Source: a virus | Taxonomy: Duplodnaviria; Heunggongvirae; Uroviricota; Caudoviricetes | Length of the DNA: 64,000 bases | Virus record (IMG/VR): IMGVR_UViG_3300020042_009419 | Coordinates: 22,742 to 86,741 of that record | Direction: 5' to 3' (one strand) | In this document: positions 62,673-64,000 of the stretch, piece after piece | Layout of the letters: each line of letters begins with the position of its first letter | How positions within the stretch are numbered: the stretch's first letter is position 1 | Notes under the pieces: model-generated | Database searches by the model: none | The model's input: the letters and a program-made list of their open reading frames with translations, nothing else | What the model was told of the DNA's origin: nothing | Program-made: the position numbers and the translations under genes

Positions 62673-63863
62673 ATGGCAAAAGCCAATTCTATCTACGCGG
62701 CTCAGCGTAACGCGAAATTTCGCAACTCTACCTCGCATTTTATTACCCTTGTTGATCGGCTAAACGACACCATCAACTCATTGCCCACTCCACAGGCAAA
62801 AGCAAACTGGGTGTCAAGTCTCAAAAAGGCAATACAAGCCTTTAAGAAAAGCTATCCCAATGTCAAAGACTTCAACAATCGAAAACTCTTTCGCTTGGTG
62901 CAAGCAAACGACATTCCCTTGATGGATATCATGATTGATACCACTATGCAACGGGAGCCGGACTTGCAGTGGATCCTTAAGATCATAACTAATTTTCGTG
63001 ACTACCAGGCGCAACCCATGCAGGTGTTTGGTCATGGTGCCCTCTGGGGTGCCTGGGACAGTCAACATACTGCTCTAGCCATGTACTTGATTGCACGTGA
63101 TGCACTCAATCTGGATCTTACTACAGTAATGGTTCCAGCTAACATTTATGATGTCACCAGCCGTGCGGATTTGCGTAATCTGTTTATCAGCATGAACACC
63201 ACCACAGGCAAGAACGCAGGCAAAAAGCCCCTGGACATCATTGACATCTTTGAACAGATGATCTACGGCGTAGAAGTTGATGGCGTAACTGACCAAGACT
63301 GGGTTGACGCACATGCCAAGTGGGAGCATCTTGAAGCAGCTGGTGTGTTTGTGACTGCTGACAAATTCAACAACACCATGCAAGTGGGTGCCCTGAGTCG
63401 TCTCAATGAAGTAATGGAATCCAGCGTTGAAGTTGTGCGCCAATTTGCAGTGTACGCAGGACACATTGTAGACGTTCAGCAACGATCTATCAACAGCAAA
63501 GAAAGCCCAATCATTATTGAGTTTCTGAACCTGTGTGAGCAACAGGACATTGTGTACTCGGATGCCGACATCGTGGACCTGGCCAATCATTGTATCAGCT
63601 TGTTTGAAGCAAACTTTGATGCAGGTGGCCCTTACTGGACTCAGGTACATGAAGCCAACATCAATGCCTACAACAAAATGCACAAAGGTATGCCCAAGAA
63701 CTTGTGGCCCGATGCTCCGCGCAATGCCAAGAACACACCACAAGGTCTTGCATTTTTCTGGCACCAACTTAATGTAAGTTGGGCCAAACCCAAGAGCACA
63801 AAGTTCAAGTTTCCCAAGCAACCATTCAGTGCATTTGTACTGGACGCAAAGGACTTGTTCTAA
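62673..63863 (+). CDS. hypothetical protein, likely highly expressed (structural?)
   Basis: Preceded by a terminator and a sigma70-like promoter. RBS AAGGAA. Confidence 0.45.
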   Translation: MAKANSIYAAQRNAKFRNSTSHFITLVDRLNDTINSLPTPQAKANWVSSLKKAIQAFKKSYPNVKDFNNRKLFRLVQANDIPLMDIMIDTTMQREPDLQWILKIITNFRDYQAQPMQVFGHGALWGAWDSQHTALAMYLIARDALNLDLTTVMVPANIYDVTSRADLRNLFISMNTTTGKNAGKKPLDIIDIFEQMIYGVEVDGVTDQDWVDAHAKWEHLEAAGVFVTADKFNNTMQVGALSRLNEVMESSVEVVRQFAVYAGHIVDVQQRSINSKESPIIIEFLNLCEQQDIVYSDADIVDLANHCISLFEANFDAGGPYWTQVHEANINAYNKMHKGMPKNLWPDAPRNAKNTPQGLAFFWHQLNVSWAKPKSTKFKFPKQPFSAFVLDAKDLF

Positions 63864-64000
63864 TGAGCCACTTTTTATATATTCATGCCTGCATGGCGGG
63901 CACACCCAATGTCTGGAAAGTGGGTGTTACAAAAACACCTTACTCTGCGGTACGGGCTCGCCAAAAGTTTACCTGGGCAAAGTTTGGACTTGAGTATTTG
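63863..64000 (+). CDS. 5' part of a T5orf172/GIY-YIG-superfamily domain protein (truncated by the window edge)
   Basis: FLYIHACMAGTPNVWKVGVTKTPYSAVRARQ fits YVL.N...PG.hKIGxT...P..R of T5orf172/GIY-YIG domains. Confidence 0.35.
   Translation, partial: MSHFLYIHACMAGTPNVWKVGVTKTPYSAVRARQKFTWAKFGLEYL

Noticed and set aside
1-64000. Search for tRNA or rRNA genes and CRISPR arrays.
   Set aside because: No stretch shows tRNA cloverleaf hallmarks (GTTCGAATC-type T-loop with matching acceptor stem). The GTTCGAT at about 33170 lacks complementary stems. No regularly spaced direct repeats with unique spacers were found. The repeated elements are promoter modules, not CRISPR repeats.

Overview
This window looks like a contiguous piece of a large virulent dsDNA phage genome. 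There are no rRNA or tRNA genes and no CRISPR array. Genes are densely packed, mostly on the + strand, and many are joined by ATGA, TGATG or GTGA stop/start overlaps (translational coupling).

Likely identity. The gene content suggests a myovirus, possibly distantly T4-like: a split DnaG-type primase plus DnaB/gp41-type helicase, an ATP-dependent DNA ligase, class Ia ribonucleotide reductase nrdA/nrdB with a CPYC glutaredoxin, a PAAR spike-tip protein, an Ala-rich acidic scaffold-like protein, and a beta-helix tail fibre. The host is probably a Gram-negative proteobacterium; one phage gene encodes a porin ending in a C-terminal Phe, and there is a phasin-like ORF.

Composition. Most of the window looks roughly mid-GC by eye. 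At least three stretches are clearly AT-richer (486-2018, 38557-39882 and about 51860-52900) and look horizontally acquired.

Notable host-like cargo. A complete Clp proteolysis set (ClpX, ClpS, canonical ClpP, a divergent ClpP paralogue, plus an IbpA-like Hsp20). An iscU-iscA operon behind a consensus sigma70 promoter. pstS and an LpxH-like/GT2 operon, each preceded by a Pho-box-like pair of 7-bp direct repeats. A UV-damage endonuclease UvdE. A UDP-glucose-dehydrogenase/amidinotransferase sugar cluster. A run of signal-peptide and lipoprotein genes that includes an entericidin-like mini-lipoprotein.

Most striking non-coding signal. A roughly 60-nt module is repeated about seven times: TTGACC, 17 bp, TATAAT, then ACACACATACAGCAA, an A-rich stretch and GGAG. 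Each copy drives a small ORF of unknown function in a tandem early-gene cassette array at 25.7-28.2 kb and again at 55.16 kb. Two more divergent copies lack the conserved leader.

Candidate novel systems. (1) A radical-SAM enzyme with an N-terminal Rossmann-like domain and a tightly coupled partner on an AT-rich island. (2) A 626-aa Pol-beta-type nucleotidyltransferase protein that also carries a ligase-like KxDG motif, with a coupled upstream partner. (3) An AT-rich, opposite-strand two-gene insert between the two clpP paralogues, one product carrying a twin-arginine (TAT) signal. (4) The promoter-cassette array itself, which probably encodes host-takeover or anti-defence proteins.

Limits. 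All calls are from reading the sequence and recognising motifs. No searches were run.
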